Assembly (NCBI RefSeq): GCF_001194135.2
Contig: NC_068986.1
Coordinates: 91,327,360-91,391,359, forward strand
Direction: 5' to 3'
Source: Octopus bimaculoides
Lineage: Eukaryota
Length of the DNA: 64,000 nucleotides
Numbering within the stretch: the stretch's first letter is position 1; every line of letters starts with the position of its first letter. Position numbers and translations under genes: made by a program. Shown in pieces: positions 51,065 through 64,000 of the stretch. Under the pieces are notes generated by a model. That model was not told where the DNA came from and did no database searches. It saw nothing but the letters and a program-made list of their open reading frames with translations.

Positions 51065-51530
51065 ATTTATCATCATCATCATCATCATCATCGTCATCAT
51101 CATCACTTAATGTCTGCCTACCATGCTGGCATGGGTGGGACAGTTTGACAGATGCCAGCCAGGCAGAAGCCTGCATAAGACTTCTGCAACTGTTTTGGCA
51201 GGATTTTTACAGCTGGATGCACTTCCAAACACCAACCACTTTACAGCATGGACTGGGGTGCTTTTAAGTAGCACCTGCACTGAAAGGGTCACCAAGTACT
51301 TGCAAGACAAAAAAATCTCTTTGGGAAGGGAGGGGGCATTGGAGGAGATCTTGTATCAGATAATGAAAGGTTATATTGAGACAGAGAGACAGAAACAGGC
51401 ATCTTGCTGTAGGGGAGGTACAAGGTTACCCAGCTAGGGGAAGAGAAGAAGAGAGAGAGAAAGAGAGAGATCAGGAATGAAGACAGAAACAGGTGCACTG
51501 CTGCAAAGGAAACACATGGTTATCCAACCT
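51065..51530 (-). mobile_element. RTE 3' UTR fragment
   Basis: (CAT)n + TTAATGTCTGCCTACCATGCTGGCATGGG..., matching 37213-37650. Confidence 0.8.
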
Positions 51531-51966
51531 GAGTGCAGGGGAAGGAGAGAGAGAGTGGGAGACAACAGGATAGACTTAGTGGCAAAGTTCTGAGTATACT
51601 CCAAATGGACAGGGATCAGAATATATACACGCATATCAAAACAGGAGATTGGAAAATCTTTTTGTATTATCTATTCACCATTACACATGTTTCATTTTTT
51701 AATAGGAGTTACAAAATTGTACATGTAGTAGAAACTATGTAAGATATTCTCATATCAGAAATTCTTCAAACATAGAATCAAATCATACAAAATTTACATT
51801 TGGATGAAGCATTTATATGTAATTAGTAATCAGGAGTCCTTTAGATGGAAGGAAGAAAAATACACCTAGTAATATAGAAAAAAAGAGAGAGGCTTAGAGA
51901 ATGAACCCAATTATGCATATGCGCACAAAGTCACACATATATATACACACATACATATATATACAT

Positions 51967-51999
<33 letters not shown>

Positions 52000-52216
52000 N
52001 NNNNNNNNNNNNNNNNNNNNNNNNNNNNNNNNNNNNNNNNNNNNNNNNNNNNNNNNNNNNNNNNNNNNNNNNNNNNNNNNNNNNNNNNNNNNNNNNNNNN
52101 NNNNNNNNNNNNNNNNNNNNNNNNNNNNNNNNNNNNNNNNNNNNNNNNNNNNNNNNNNNNNNNNNNNNNNNNNNNNNNNNNNNNNNNNNNNNNNNATATA
52201 TATATATATATATAAG

Positions 52217-52892
52217 GAGAATTCACAAAAAAAACAAAAGACGAAGACAGGTGGTGTAGACTACAAACAGATGTATTAGTTTAACACTCAGGAAGTGAAA
52301 AAGTCTTTAACGTTTCGAGCCTATGCTCTTCCACAGAAAGAAACAAAGAAAGAAAATAAAGAATGTGTAGTGGCTAGCGACCTATCACAGCGAATGCCGG
52401 ATAGAGGGATCACACAGGAGAGCTAGGAAGAAGGGGAGATAATAAAGTAGTGGTGATCCCAAAATGAAGGTGCGCATGCACATGTATAAGAGAGTATGTA
52501 TGTGTGTGTGGAAGAGGGCTGGTGACCTTGACGTGTGCATGTGGGGCTGGAAAGTGGTCAGTGCTAGTGTGTGCGTGGTGGTGTGATGTGATGTGGTGTT
52601 GTGTGGTATGGTGGTGTATGGTGTAGTGGTGTGTGGTGTGATGGTGTTGGGAGGTGGGGAGGCGAGAGTGGGGAAAGCAAGGGTGGGTGTGGGTTAGGTG
52701 GGGTGTGGCCATGATAGATCACTAGCCACTACACATCCTTTATTTTCTCTCCTTATTTCTTTCTGTGTTCCTTTCTGTCGAAGAGCGTAAGCTCGAAACA
52801 TTAAAGACTTTTTCACTTCCTGAGTGTTAAACTAATACATCTATTTGTTGTCTACACCACCTGTCTTTGTCTTTTGTTTTTTGTGAATTCTC
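52217..52892. mobile_element. fold-back element with ~175-bp inverted arms, probably Penelope-like pLTR derived
   Basis: Arms 52217-52387 and 52712-52892 are reverse complements, embedded in TA-rich flanks. Each arm carries a hammerhead-like motif. Confidence 0.75.
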
Positions 52893-53046
52893 GCCATATA
52901 TTACACACTCCCGTGGTCGCACCAGTTGATCCTGTCTCCTCTCATCACCCAACAAACTTTTACGGAGTCTCTACCTGAACTTTCTACTATTGTTCACTTC
53001 AGCTGCACCTCTCCTGCCCATGGATTACACTGGACTCCTCTGTTGA

Positions 53047-53087
<41 letters not shown>

Positions 53088-53174
53088 CCTCTATACACGA
53101 TCATACAAAACCCTTTTTTTGTATATATTTTTTATTTTTTTCATTATTTTTTATTTTGTATATTTATTTTTATT

Positions 53175-53220
<46 letters not shown>

Positions 53221-53289
53221 GATCTACATATGTATACATCTACAAATATACATATACATCCACACACACACATACACATATATATATGG

Positions 53290-53425
53290 CATTAGTAAGG
53301 GTATCTATCCATAAAAACCATGCCAAATCAGATTGGAGCCTAGTGCTGCTCCCCAGTTTACCAGTTTTCAGTCAAACCGTCCAACCCATGCCAGCATGGA
53401 AAATGGACGTTAAATGATGATGATA
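53290..53425 (+). mobile_element. RTE 3' tail
   Basis: CAAATCAGATTGGAGCC...CCAACCCATGCCAGCATGGAAAATGGACGTTAAA(TGA)n. Confidence 0.8.
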
Positions 53426-53467
53426 TAACATATTTGCATTAGCACATTTAAAATATATATTTCTACA

Positions 53468-53506
<39 letters not shown>

Positions 53507-54553
53507 ATTCACATATACACACATACATATGCTTATAAATATGTTTCTATATGCACACATGCTGATGCATATACATACATAGCCACAAAGACACATATAC
53601 ATATTAACTCATATATGAGCAAACACATAGATATACCTATATACATGGATAAATGTAACATACAAACACATACTTCATCATACACTTAGACAGATGCAAA
53701 CCTTTTATATAGAGATGCAATTGGTATTATGATGAACATTGAAAAGCACATTTAAAAAAATGAATTTTGTTTCACCCACAATCCATACGCAAACAAGCAG
53801 CATTTTCAGTATTTGTGTCTATAAAAAGACACAAATATACACACATGCACACATATGTATACTGTCTCTTACACATAGACACAGATATAAGCAAATACAC
53901 AAAGATGTATTTATATATGTATGCGTAAGATCATTTTCATATCTATGTTACAAGATTTGAAGTAATAGCAGAATCTTTTTTTTTTTAAAAAGTGTATAAT
54001 GCGATTAAAGCATTATTTTATTTTTAAAAATATCAAATTCGAAATGTAAATGATAATAATGGTAATAACAACAATGAAAATTACAATAAAAATCACATTA
54101 GATAATTTGAATCATATGTATAATTTTACAAGTAAAAGAGAGGGGGACTAGTGAAATATTATGATTCTAGTAGCAGCTGGTATTAATTACACAGAGGTAG
54201 GATCAATGGAATGCAGAAACAATAAAGATGAGTAAATGTTTTGTGAACTTATTAATTGTTATTTTGTCAGCTCGTCAATTGTATTGTTGAAGGTAATAAT
54301 AGCAGCAACGACAATAATAATAATAGTAGTCACAATACTGTTTAAGTTTACTTTACGTCAATTACATCAATATTATATTTAATTAAATTATGTTACATAT
54401 TACTTTGGCAAAGGGATTATTATATATATTAATATATAATTGTTTTTTTTTTAAAAAGATTTTTATGTTTGTTTCAGAGGTGAAACAAACAGCCAAAAAT
54501 TGTATTTGTGTGCGCGCACACACACACACATATATACATAAACACACATACAT

Positions 54554-54588
<35 letters not shown>

Positions 54589-54598
54589 NNNNNNNNNN

Positions 54599-54634
<36 letters not shown>

Positions 54635-55076
54635 AAGAAAGAAACAGACAGACAGACAGACAGACAGAGAGAGATTTCAAAGAATACTATAATATCTGTA
54701 TTCTACAAGAACCCAATGTATTTAGACGAGGAAAATCAGGGTTAATTCCAAACTGTGTTAAAATTTTTCAAATCATATATGATTTTTATGTAGATATTTA
54801 TAAGAGTTATAAAGAATTCCTCAAATGGGTCTAAAACATACTAAGAATATATAGATGTATATACACACATATGCGCACACATATATATATACATAAAGGC
54901 ATACACATATATACAAACACACACATAAAGGCATACACATATATGTAAATGTACAAAAATACACATTCATACAAATATACATATAAACATATACACACAT
55001 ACATTATTTACCAAGACATCTACACACACACATATATTCTTATATACCATAATGTATGTATGTATTCTTATATACC

Positions 55077-55130
<54 letters not shown>

Positions 55131-55805
55131 TGAGTTGTCTATATGTTTCCATCTTGCATGCAGGAACTACAAAACTAACACCCAGAAACTGATGCATATT
55201 ATTATTCTCCGTTTTATAGCAGAGTTTTATATAACATTTATTTTGAGAAATAGCAGCCAAATATTCCTCAAACTACACTCAAATATCAGTCTGGAAAGGA
55301 AATAGGGGAAAACAAGTTGAAATGAGGTACTGATGGTGAAAAGAAGAAACATTTTGTAATTTTCATTAAATTCAGTTTCAGAAGTGCAGGACAGATTTTG
55401 TCTCAAAATACTTCTTTTATCTTTCATTACTTAACAATTAGTACTTAAGGGGATAACAGTGGATTCAAATTTGGAAGGACATATGAGATTTATGAAGTGT
55501 ATTTCAACTCAAAAATTTTGTTCAACCAATAGTGACTGGATCAAAATAGACAAAGATTATAATCTATTGGAGGATTATTTTGTATTGAGTGAAAACCGAT
55601 TTTTCCACATTACTTAAATCATACAGAAATGGAAAAGACTACAGATTTACACTTGCAGCAACAATATAGAACATACTGACAAACATTAATTCAGTATTGG
55701 TCTTCAATAATGGTAGTAGTAATAATAATAATAATAATGGCTTCTGATCTTAACTGATTGGAAGTGTTATCATGTACATGTTTTGTCTTGGTATAAAAGA
55801 TGGGC

Positions 55806-57270
55806 TAGGTATGGAATTTGGGATAGAAAAATGTGCTATATTGAAAATGAAACAAAGAAGATTTGAAAGAAGCCAGGGAATTGAAATGCCAACTAGGCAA
55901 ACAATGAGAGTGGTTGAGAAAGGATAGTGGTATTAGTACTTGGGAATACTGGAAGCAGACGAAAAAAAAAAAAATGAAGAAATAAACAAATGACCAGTAG
56001 GGAATACACAAGTAGAGTAACAAAAATTATTGCAGTCAAAGCTGATTTCAAAAAATCTTATTGGAGCAATAAATTCAAGAGCAGTACCCTTAATCAGATA
56101 TGGAGTTGGAATTATAGATTAGACTAGAAACGATATAAAGAAACTAAACTGGAAAGTTGTTGACAATGTATGGAGCCCACCACCTAAAAACCAGCTGTAC
56201 TTGAGGAGAGACCAAAGTGGAAGAGGCTTAATAGCAGTAGAAGAATGTGTATAGATATGTGTATAGATGGAAAGTAAAAGCTTAGTAGAGTATTTACAGA
56301 GCAGCACAGAAAAATTACTAAAGACAATGAATAAAGAAGAGGTGATGAAACGCATAATAGGAAAAAAGGACAAGAATGGAATACAAAGAGAGCATATCAG
56401 GCAGATTGAAGAGAAACCTCTGCATGACCAATTTTTGAGAGCCGCTGAAGACATATGTGGAACAAAATCCTGGGCTTGGTTTAAAAAAGGGGTAATTAAA
56501 AAAAAGGAACAGAGAGCCCAACTGTAGCAACCCAAGATTAAGTGATAAAAACAAACCTAAGAAAAGTTATATATGGAGACAATGTGTCAGGAAAATGTAG
56601 AGCCTGTGGAACTTGGAATGAGACAGTGGCACACATTGTAGAAGAATACCCCAAGTTGGCACAGAAAGAATATAAGAAATGGAAGCATGACCAGGTTGTA
56701 AAAATTTTACACTGGAAACTGTGCCAGAAATGGAGGTTTGAAGCTGGAAACACATGGTACAATCATCGAGTTGAAAGAGTACTGGAGCTGGAGAAATGTA
56801 AGATTTTGTGGGACTTTCCTATTCAAATGGACAAGAGATTAGAAAATAATAGACCAGACATAACAATTATAGATAAAGAAAAGCAAAGTTGCTTAGTGAT
56901 CAACCCATCATGCCTGTTTGATTCCAGGATCATAAAGAAAGAGGCAGAATAACAATAAAAATGCAATACCTTAAAATTTGAAATAAGAAGAATTTGGAGC
57001 ATGAGAACAGTAAAGGTTGTGCCTATAATAATCGGTGCAGTGAGAACAGTGAGCAAAAATATAGACAAATGGCTGAAGGAGATTGGAATAAAATACAGCT
57101 CCTACAAAAAGTTTATCTCTTGAGGACAGCAAGGATTATCAGGAGGGATCTAAGCACTTGAAATACAGCTGAAAACTTGTAGATACCTAAGTTTACTGAT
57201 AGGAACCTGCTGTCCATATAATTTCTACCAGGAATAAAGCTGAACCTAAGCCAAACCAAAATAATAATAA
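55806..57270 (+). pseudogene. R4/Dong-type (RLE-endonuclease) non-LTR retrotransposon, 3' ~1.5 kb
   Basis: GMEFGIEKCA (end of RT), CRACGTWNETVAHIV (CCHC knuckle), KHDQV (RHD motif), ILWDFPIQMD..NNRPDITIIDK (PD-(D/E)xK nuclease), VVPIIIGAV. Multiple stops and frameshifts; ends in (AAT)n. Confidence 0.9.
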
Positions 57271-57499
57271 TCACCATTATCTTGCATGGGTCAAACAGAA
57301 TTTATTGAGAAGGGTTTTCTCTGACCAGATGCCCTTTGTGTTACTAATCCTGTCCTGTTCCCAAATAAAGTAATATTTCTCCATGGCCAGACATGTTTTC
57401 ATGGCAGATTGTATATGAAGGACACGCTTTGCTTACTGATAATGCTTGTTTACAGCTACCGTACAATGTGAAAGCAAGGAGACAGTAGCACACAATACA

Positions 57500-57662
57500 C
57501 ACAGATGTACACATGATGGGCTTCTTTCAGTTTCCATCTACCAAAACCACTCATAAGGTATTGGTTGGCCCAAGGCAATAGCTGAAGGCACTTGCCCAAG
57601 GTGCCATACAGAGGGACTGAACTTGGAATCATGTGGCTGGGAAGCAAACTTCTTACCACAGA
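57500..57662 (-). mobile_element. SINE family A, 5' part
   Basis: GGGCTTCTTTCAGTTTCC...CACTTGCCCAAGGTGCC...CTTACCACA. Confidence 0.8.
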
Positions 57663-58859
57663 GCTTTTAATCAGTTAATTAGTGAACTGTTAAAAAGATT
57701 ACACAGGTATGTAATACACTGCAGTGGAGGAGAGGATGTTAGTATATTAGTTTCCATTTACTTACATAGAGGAATCAATCAGTATAGAATGTGCCCCTCC
57801 TCCTCCTCCTCCTCCTCATCATCATCATCACTGGTGGTGGGAGTGGTAGTATCATTCTTACATCTATTTTAAATGAGCTGGCATGGGTTAGATGAGACAT
57901 TTTAAGGCAGTATTTCATAGCCAGACATCCTTTCTTCTACCAACCATTTTAGCTGACCCTTACATTGGAAAAACCCCATTATATCATACATATGTGTGTG
58001 TGTGTGTGTTTGAGCCTTTTTTTTGTCTGCATCATATGATAGTTGTAAACAAGTGTCCTCATTTTATAAGCAGTGTCCTTTGTTCCCAGCTTTTCATGAA
58101 ACTTACTTCAGCTCATGAGGAAATATTACCTTGTTTGGAAACAAGTGAGAGTTGGTGACAGGAAGAACATCCAACTGTAGAAAATCTGCCTCAGCAAACT
58201 CCGTCTGACCCATGCAAGCATGGAAAAATGGACACTAAAATGATGATGATGATGGTGGTGGTGGTAGTGGTAGTGATGATACTAGTTGATTGTATATATT
58301 TATGTGCAATGTAATATGATTTGATAAGCAATACAAGTTGAAAAACCGCTGTCTGCTAGCCTCCAAGAAAATACACATAATGTTATATAAGTTTTACAAT
58401 AACACCAATAACAACAGCCATCCATCTATCTATCCAGCCAGCCAGCCATACTGCTTTTCCTGTCCCTCCTTCTCTTACAGCTCCTCTTTGTTTCCTCTCC
58501 ATCATCCTCAGATAAACAGTTGCCACAAATGCATTCAGCATCACTGCATTTTTCATTATTATTATTGATTTTGACTGCACCAGGCATCCATCAGACGAGG
58601 CAGCAAAACAAAAAAAAAGACACTAATAATAATAATAATAATAAACAAAAGGAAGGAAATGTTCAGTGTGTGTGTGTGTGTGTATGCATGTATACATGCA
58701 TAGTGGGAGTGGAATACCACATGTAGATGAAGGAAGAGTTATAGATTTCATCAGAAGATAAGAGAAAAAAAATAGTAATTGAACATGTTGTTGTTGTGAA
58801 GACAGAGGTTGGCCCTTATTAAGCAGACATATGACCAAATGATTCCAGTCGTGTTTTTA

Positions 58860-59240
58860 ATCATGGACACAATCATGACTGTATGGTTAAAAAGCTTGCA
58901 TTTCAACTATGTGGTTCAGGGTTTGCTTCTGCTGTGTGGCGACTTTGGTATTTTCTACTGTAACCTAGAGTCCACAAGTAGCTTGCTAGACTTGATTGAT
59001 GGAAACTGCATGATCATCATCATCTTCATTCAACATCCATTTTCCATGCTGGCATGGGTTGGACGGTTTGACCATTTTACAGAGTGCGCTAGGTGCTTTT
59101 TACATGACACTAGCACAGGTACATTTACATGACACCAACATGAGTGCCTCTTATGTGGCGTTGGCACAAGTGTTTTGAATGTAGCACTGGCACAAGGGCT
59201 ATTTACATGGTGCCAGCAGATAGTTGTGCTAATAAATGCT

Positions 59241-59296
<56 letters not shown>

Positions 59297-59520
59297 TTTG
59301 TGTCTCTGTCATCATTCCTTCCCCAGTGTTTGATAGTTGGTGTTGGTTCGTTTACATCCCCTTAACTGTTTGGCAAAAGAGAGGAACAGAATAAGTACCA
59401 GACTTAAGAAAATATAAGTCCTGGGGTCAATTTGTTTGACTAAAATCTTCCAAATTGGTGCCCCAGCATGGTCACACTCCACTGCCTGAAACAAATAAAT
59501 GGTGAAAGATAAAAGATGTA
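58860..59520 (+). mobile_element. old SINE family A copy with a nested RTE tail (about 59015-59225)
   Basis: Head at about 58870, 3' half at about 59270-59520. Confidence 0.6.
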
Positions 59521-59780
59521 TGTGGAGCATCAAAGGAGCCTTTACATAGTCACTCAACCTGCTAGAAATAACAACTAAATTTCCCTTAAAACAGATATCA
59601 AAGACTACTTTGGATAATGTAGTGTAAGATATATATTTATTTAGTTAGTTTCATTTTATATCATGTATGTTGTGAACAATAGTATTGTTGGCTATGGTTA
59701 GACCTCAAACATCTAAGCATGATGGACAAGGAGTACTTTGTGTAATAACTGATTGTTCAGAAAATTGATCTGATCTTAAA
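59411..59780 (+). repeat. left arm of a ~370-bp inverted duplication
   Basis: Reverse complement of 62619-62990. Confidence 0.92.
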
Positions 59781-60159
59781 GAGGCCAAAAACCAACAAGT
59801 CTTAGGGTCTGATGATATGCCATAAAGACTATCTTTATGGCGAGAAACCCAGGGTAACCCTATAAACAGGCCTTCACCAGTAATGTATATAGACTGCTCT
59901 ACTTCTTAGAGTATGCTTCTTCTTCATTTTTATGTTTTGCTAAAAAAAATAATATATGCACACAAACACACACACACACACACACACATAAATGTGTTTT
60001 TGTTTCTCTTTTCTTTTCTTTCTTTTTTCTTCTCTTTTTCTTTTTCTCTTTCTCTCATTGCCTTGGATTCTGTCACTTGCAATTTATCTCTACTTCCAGG
60101 ACATATTTTTTACTTGTTTTCTATCTTACTTCTTTCCATATGAGCTCTTGATGTACCTA

Positions 60160-60340
60160 TCCTTATACATACATACATAAATACATACATACATACATAC
60201 ATAAATACATACATACATACATACATATATACATACATAAATACATACACACATGCATACATACATACATGAATACATACATTCATATATCCATGCATGC
60301 AGATAGACATACAGACATACAGACAGACAGACATACAAAC
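60160..60340. repeat. (CATA)n/(CAGA)n microsatellite
   Basis: Seen directly in the sequence. Confidence 0.9.
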
Positions 60341-60436
60341 AGAGTTTTATCTTATTCCAGTTTCAGGAGGGGTTTCTCCCATCAAACTCCTGACTTCATT
60401 TCCTACATACATTTATGCTTTTTTCATTGGTAATGC

Positions 60437-60480
<44 letters not shown>

Positions 60481-60622
60481 ACATGTAGTTTGAAAGATTA
60501 ATACGGAGGACAGAGTGTAACTAGAAGCATTTATTAGCACAACAATCATTTCAGCTTCATTCTGCACTGCTCCCTAGCAGGCATAGAATGATGTAATAAC
60601 ACCAGATGCAATGCATGATGCA

Positions 60623-60788
60623 AAAGAGCCTCATCGGGTGATGTAAGATGCTTCACAAGTTCCCAGATTTACATTTCATTTTCACTTCAAGTTATACGCT
60701 GATGGTGTGATTCTAGCAGTTTGGATACATTTGGTAAAGTAAATCTGGGAACTTGTGAAGCATCTTACATCACCTGATGAGGCTCTTT
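60623..60788. repeat. 50-bp inverted repeat with 66-bp spacer
   Basis: 60623-60672 versus 60739-60788: 49/50 complementary, and the single difference is a G:U pair on the + strand. Confidence 0.92.
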
Positions 60789-61218
60789 GAAAATATACCC
60801 TATGTGCACCTCAGAATTCTGGATATAGATCCAATGACGAATGTACAGTATCACTGATGACACCTCGTAGCCTTAAGCAGTGAACGTGCTCTGCAAGCAT
60901 CTGGGACTTACTCTGAAACAAGGTTTGAATACTACATTTAGCGCCTACATCCTAAACCTTAATTCTTTAATTCTAAATTTGACACACACACACACACACA
61001 TATTTATATAAAAATGTAAATGCTTTCCCAAATAAAATTGCACTTCATGTTCGAAGCTCTGGTGAAGCTATAAGGTAATAATCAAGCATTCAGCTATGAG
61101 TGCATTGCATCTTATACCAGAAACAGCTGTAAGCTAATGAAGTTCATGACACAATTACTTTTCCTTTGTAATTGTAGTTTCTTATGTGTGTGTGTGTGTG
61201 TGTGTGTGTCTGTGTCTC

Positions 61219-61269
<51 letters not shown>

Positions 61270-61896
61270 NNNNNNNNNNNNNNNNNNNNNNNNNNNNNNN
61301 NNNNNNNNNNNNNNNNNNNNNNNNNNNNNNNNNNNNNNNNNNNNNNNNNNNNNNNNNNNNNNNNNNNNNNNNNNNNNNNNNNNNNNNNNNNNNNNNNNNN
61401 NNNNNNNNNNNNNNNNNNNNNNNNNNNNNNNNNNNNNNNNNNNNNNNNNNNNNNNNNNNNNNNNNNNNNNNNNNNNNNNNNNNNNNNNNNNNNNNNNNNN
61501 NNNNNNNNNNNNNNNNNNNNNNNNNNNNNNNNNNNNNNNNNNNNNNNNNNNNNNNNNNNNNNNNNNNNNNNNNNNNNNNNNNNNNNNNNNNNNNNNNNNN
61601 NNNNNNNNNNNNNNNNNNNNNNNNNNNNNNNNNNNNNNNNNNNNNNNNNNNNNNNNNNNNNNNNNNNNNNNNNNNNNNNNNNNNNNNNNNNNNNNNNNNN
61701 NNNNNNNNNNNNNNNNNNNNNNNNNNNNNNNNNNNNNNNNNNNNNNNNNNNNNNNNNNNNNNNNNNNNNNNNNNNNNNNNNNNNNNNNNNNNNNNNNNNN
61801 NNNNNNNNNNNNNNNNNNNNNNNNNNNNNNNNNNNNNNNNNNNNNNNNNNNNNNNNNNNNNNNNNNNNNNNNNNNNNNNNNNNNNNNNNNNNNNNN

Positions 61897-61947
<51 letters not shown>

Positions 61948-62618
61948 ATGACTGACCCAGTGGTAACCTATAAAATCAAACCTTGGTTATCCAAATATCA
62001 ATTATCTAAATTTCAAATTATTTGATTTCAAGGTCCCATAGATATTTAATTGGCCCTGCTTGTGTAACCACAACTTGAGAATAGTACTGATGTTATCGTT
62101 TATTCTTGTGTTTACAATGGCTAAAAGTGAATTTGAATTACTGAAGAAAATATTAAAATACTACATCAAAGAGATTTTACTGACACTGGTGCAACATTTA
62201 CATCTTTTGTTTGCAGAGTGCCACGTATTGATCAGTTCACTAGTTTGATCTCAGTCGGTCACTTTAAACAGTGTTAAAATAATTATAACACACAAAATCA
62301 GACATGCTGAAGGATTTAAAAGCATGGCGAAATCTGCAGAGTCTTCATTCACTCTATGAATCTGTTCCAGTTATGTATCTGTTGTGAGTAATCCAGTTTG
62401 TTACTATCATCGTATCTTTGAAGAGAAAACAAATACTATTAAGAAATGAATAAAGATAAGTGGGATTTTATAGCATCTGGATCATGGTTAAAAGGCACCA
62501 AAGATTGTAAAAGAGTACAACACATTTTATTGATTGAATGATGAATGACATAAAAGAAAATAAAAAAACTCTGTAAATATACTTTTCTATGTAATTGTGT
62601 ATAGTATGGCTTCCTTTG

Positions 62619-62990
62619 TTTAAGATCAGATCAATTTTCTGAACAATCAGTTATTACACAAAGTACTCCTTGTCTATCATGCTTAGATGTTTGAGGTCTA
62701 ACCATAGCCAACAATACTATTGTTCACAACATACATGATATAAAATGAAACTAACTAAATAAATATATATCTTACACTACATTATCCAAAGTAGTCTTTG
62801 ATATCTGTTTTAAGGGAAATTTAGTTGTTATTTCTAGCAGGTTGAGTGACTGTGTAAAGGCTCCTTTGATATGCTCCACATACATCTTTTATCTTTCACC
62901 TTTTATTTGATTTAGGCAGTGGAGTTTGACCATGCTAGGGCACCAATTTGAAAGGTTTTAGTCAAACAAATTGACCCCAGGACTTATATT
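62619..62990 (-). repeat. right arm of the ~370-bp inverted duplication, running into a gap
   Basis: Reverse complement of 59411-59780. Confidence 0.92.
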
Positions 62991-63435
62991 NNNNNNNNNN
63001 NNNNNNNNNNNNNNNNNNNNNNNNNNNNNNNNNNNNNNNNNNNNNNNNNNNNNNNNNNNNNNNNNNNNNNNNNNNNNNNNNNNNNNNNNNNNNNNNNNNN
63101 NNNNNNNNNNNNNNNNNNNNNNNNNNNNNNNNNNNNNNNNNNNNNNNNNNNNNNNNNNNNNNNNNNNNNNNNNNNNNNNNNNNNNNNNNNNNNNNNNNNN
63201 NNNNNNNNNNNNNNNNNNNNNNNNNNNNNNNNNNNNNNNNNNNNNNNNNNNNNNNNNNNNNNNNNNNNNNNNNNNNNNNNNNNNNNNNNNNNNNNNNNNN
63301 NNNNNNNNNNNNNNNNNNNNNNNNNNNNNNNNNNNNNNNAACACATCTTTAATTAGAAGTTACAAATGTTTGCGTACCATCTCCATTTGCGACGCCAGTT
63401 TACATGAAAATTCTAAAAAAAAGTCACATAATAAT

Positions 63436-63830
63436 CATCATCATCATCGTTTTTCCAAGCTGGCATGGGTTGGATGGTTTGATTGAGGTCTGGTGAGCCA
63501 GAGGCTGCACCAGGCTCAATCTGATCTGGCAAAGTTTCAACAGCTGGATGCCCTTCCTAATGCCAACCACTCCGATAGTGCAGTGGCTGCTTTTACATGC
63601 CACCAACATGAGGGCCAGTCATGTAGTTCTGGCAATGACCATGCTCAAAAGGTGTTTTTACGTGCTACCTGCACAGGAGCCAGTCTGGTGGCACTGCCAA
63701 CGACCATGCTCGAATGTTGTCTTTCACGTGCCACCAGCACATGTGCCGGTAAAGCGATGCTGGCAATGATCACACTCAAATGGTGCTTTTCGCATGTCAC
63801 TGGCACGGGAGCCAATCCGTGACCCTGGCA
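63436..63830 (-). mobile_element. RTE 3' tail with about four internal ~60-bp units
   Basis: (CAT)n + CGTTTTCCAAGCTGGCATGGGTTGG...GGATGCCCTTCCTAATGCCAACC; same structure as 1441-1803. Confidence 0.8.
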
Positions 63831-64000
63831 ATATTTGCAGTTTTAGGCATTGGAGAGGCACTTCATGAGACTTGAATCAAAGGTGTACTATTACATTGTG
63901 TCTGATGCTCTACTATTTATCCCATCTACTGCAATTAATGATAATTACAGGCGCAAAGCTACCTACAAATTATCCAAGAGGGTACAGTTTCTTATATCAA

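Noticed and set aside
62150-62440. Exon-like unique sequence inside the inverted-duplication loop
   Set aside because: Candidate acceptors on both strands lead to stops within about 25 codons; unsupported.

Overview
Eukaryotic, AT-rich, repeat-dominated animal DNA with about 6 kb of N in 14 assembly gaps, most of them next to microsatellites. The repeat families and the interstitial TTAGGG repeats look like octopus (coleoid cephalopod) genomic DNA; this is inferred from recalled repeat sequences, not a database match. No host protein-coding gene can be named with confidence. Most long ORFs in the track are microsatellite or N-gap artefacts. The real protein-like sequence is decayed transposon remnants: RTE, CR1/L2-type and R4/Dong-type non-LTR retrotransposons, mariner (D,D34D-type) and DD37D Tc1/mariner transposases, a Penelope-like GIY-YIG tail, and a SAP + SWIM-like ORF inside a small element with terminal inverted repeats (TIRs). 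At least four tRNA-headed SINE families are present in many copies. The most notable structures are: (1) a fold-back element whose two arms each carry a minimal hammerhead-like motif (52217-52892); (2) a roughly 600-bp segment capped by outward-facing telomeric repeats, one fused precisely onto an RTE tail (44302-44898); (3) an ISL2EU/Harbinger-like SAP-SWIM mini-element (29599-30356); (4) several locus-specific inverted duplications and hairpins, including a nested pair at 59.4-63.0 kb; (5) a CpG-rich island at 18.4-19.2 kb with a tentative phase-consistent three-exon minus-strand model.
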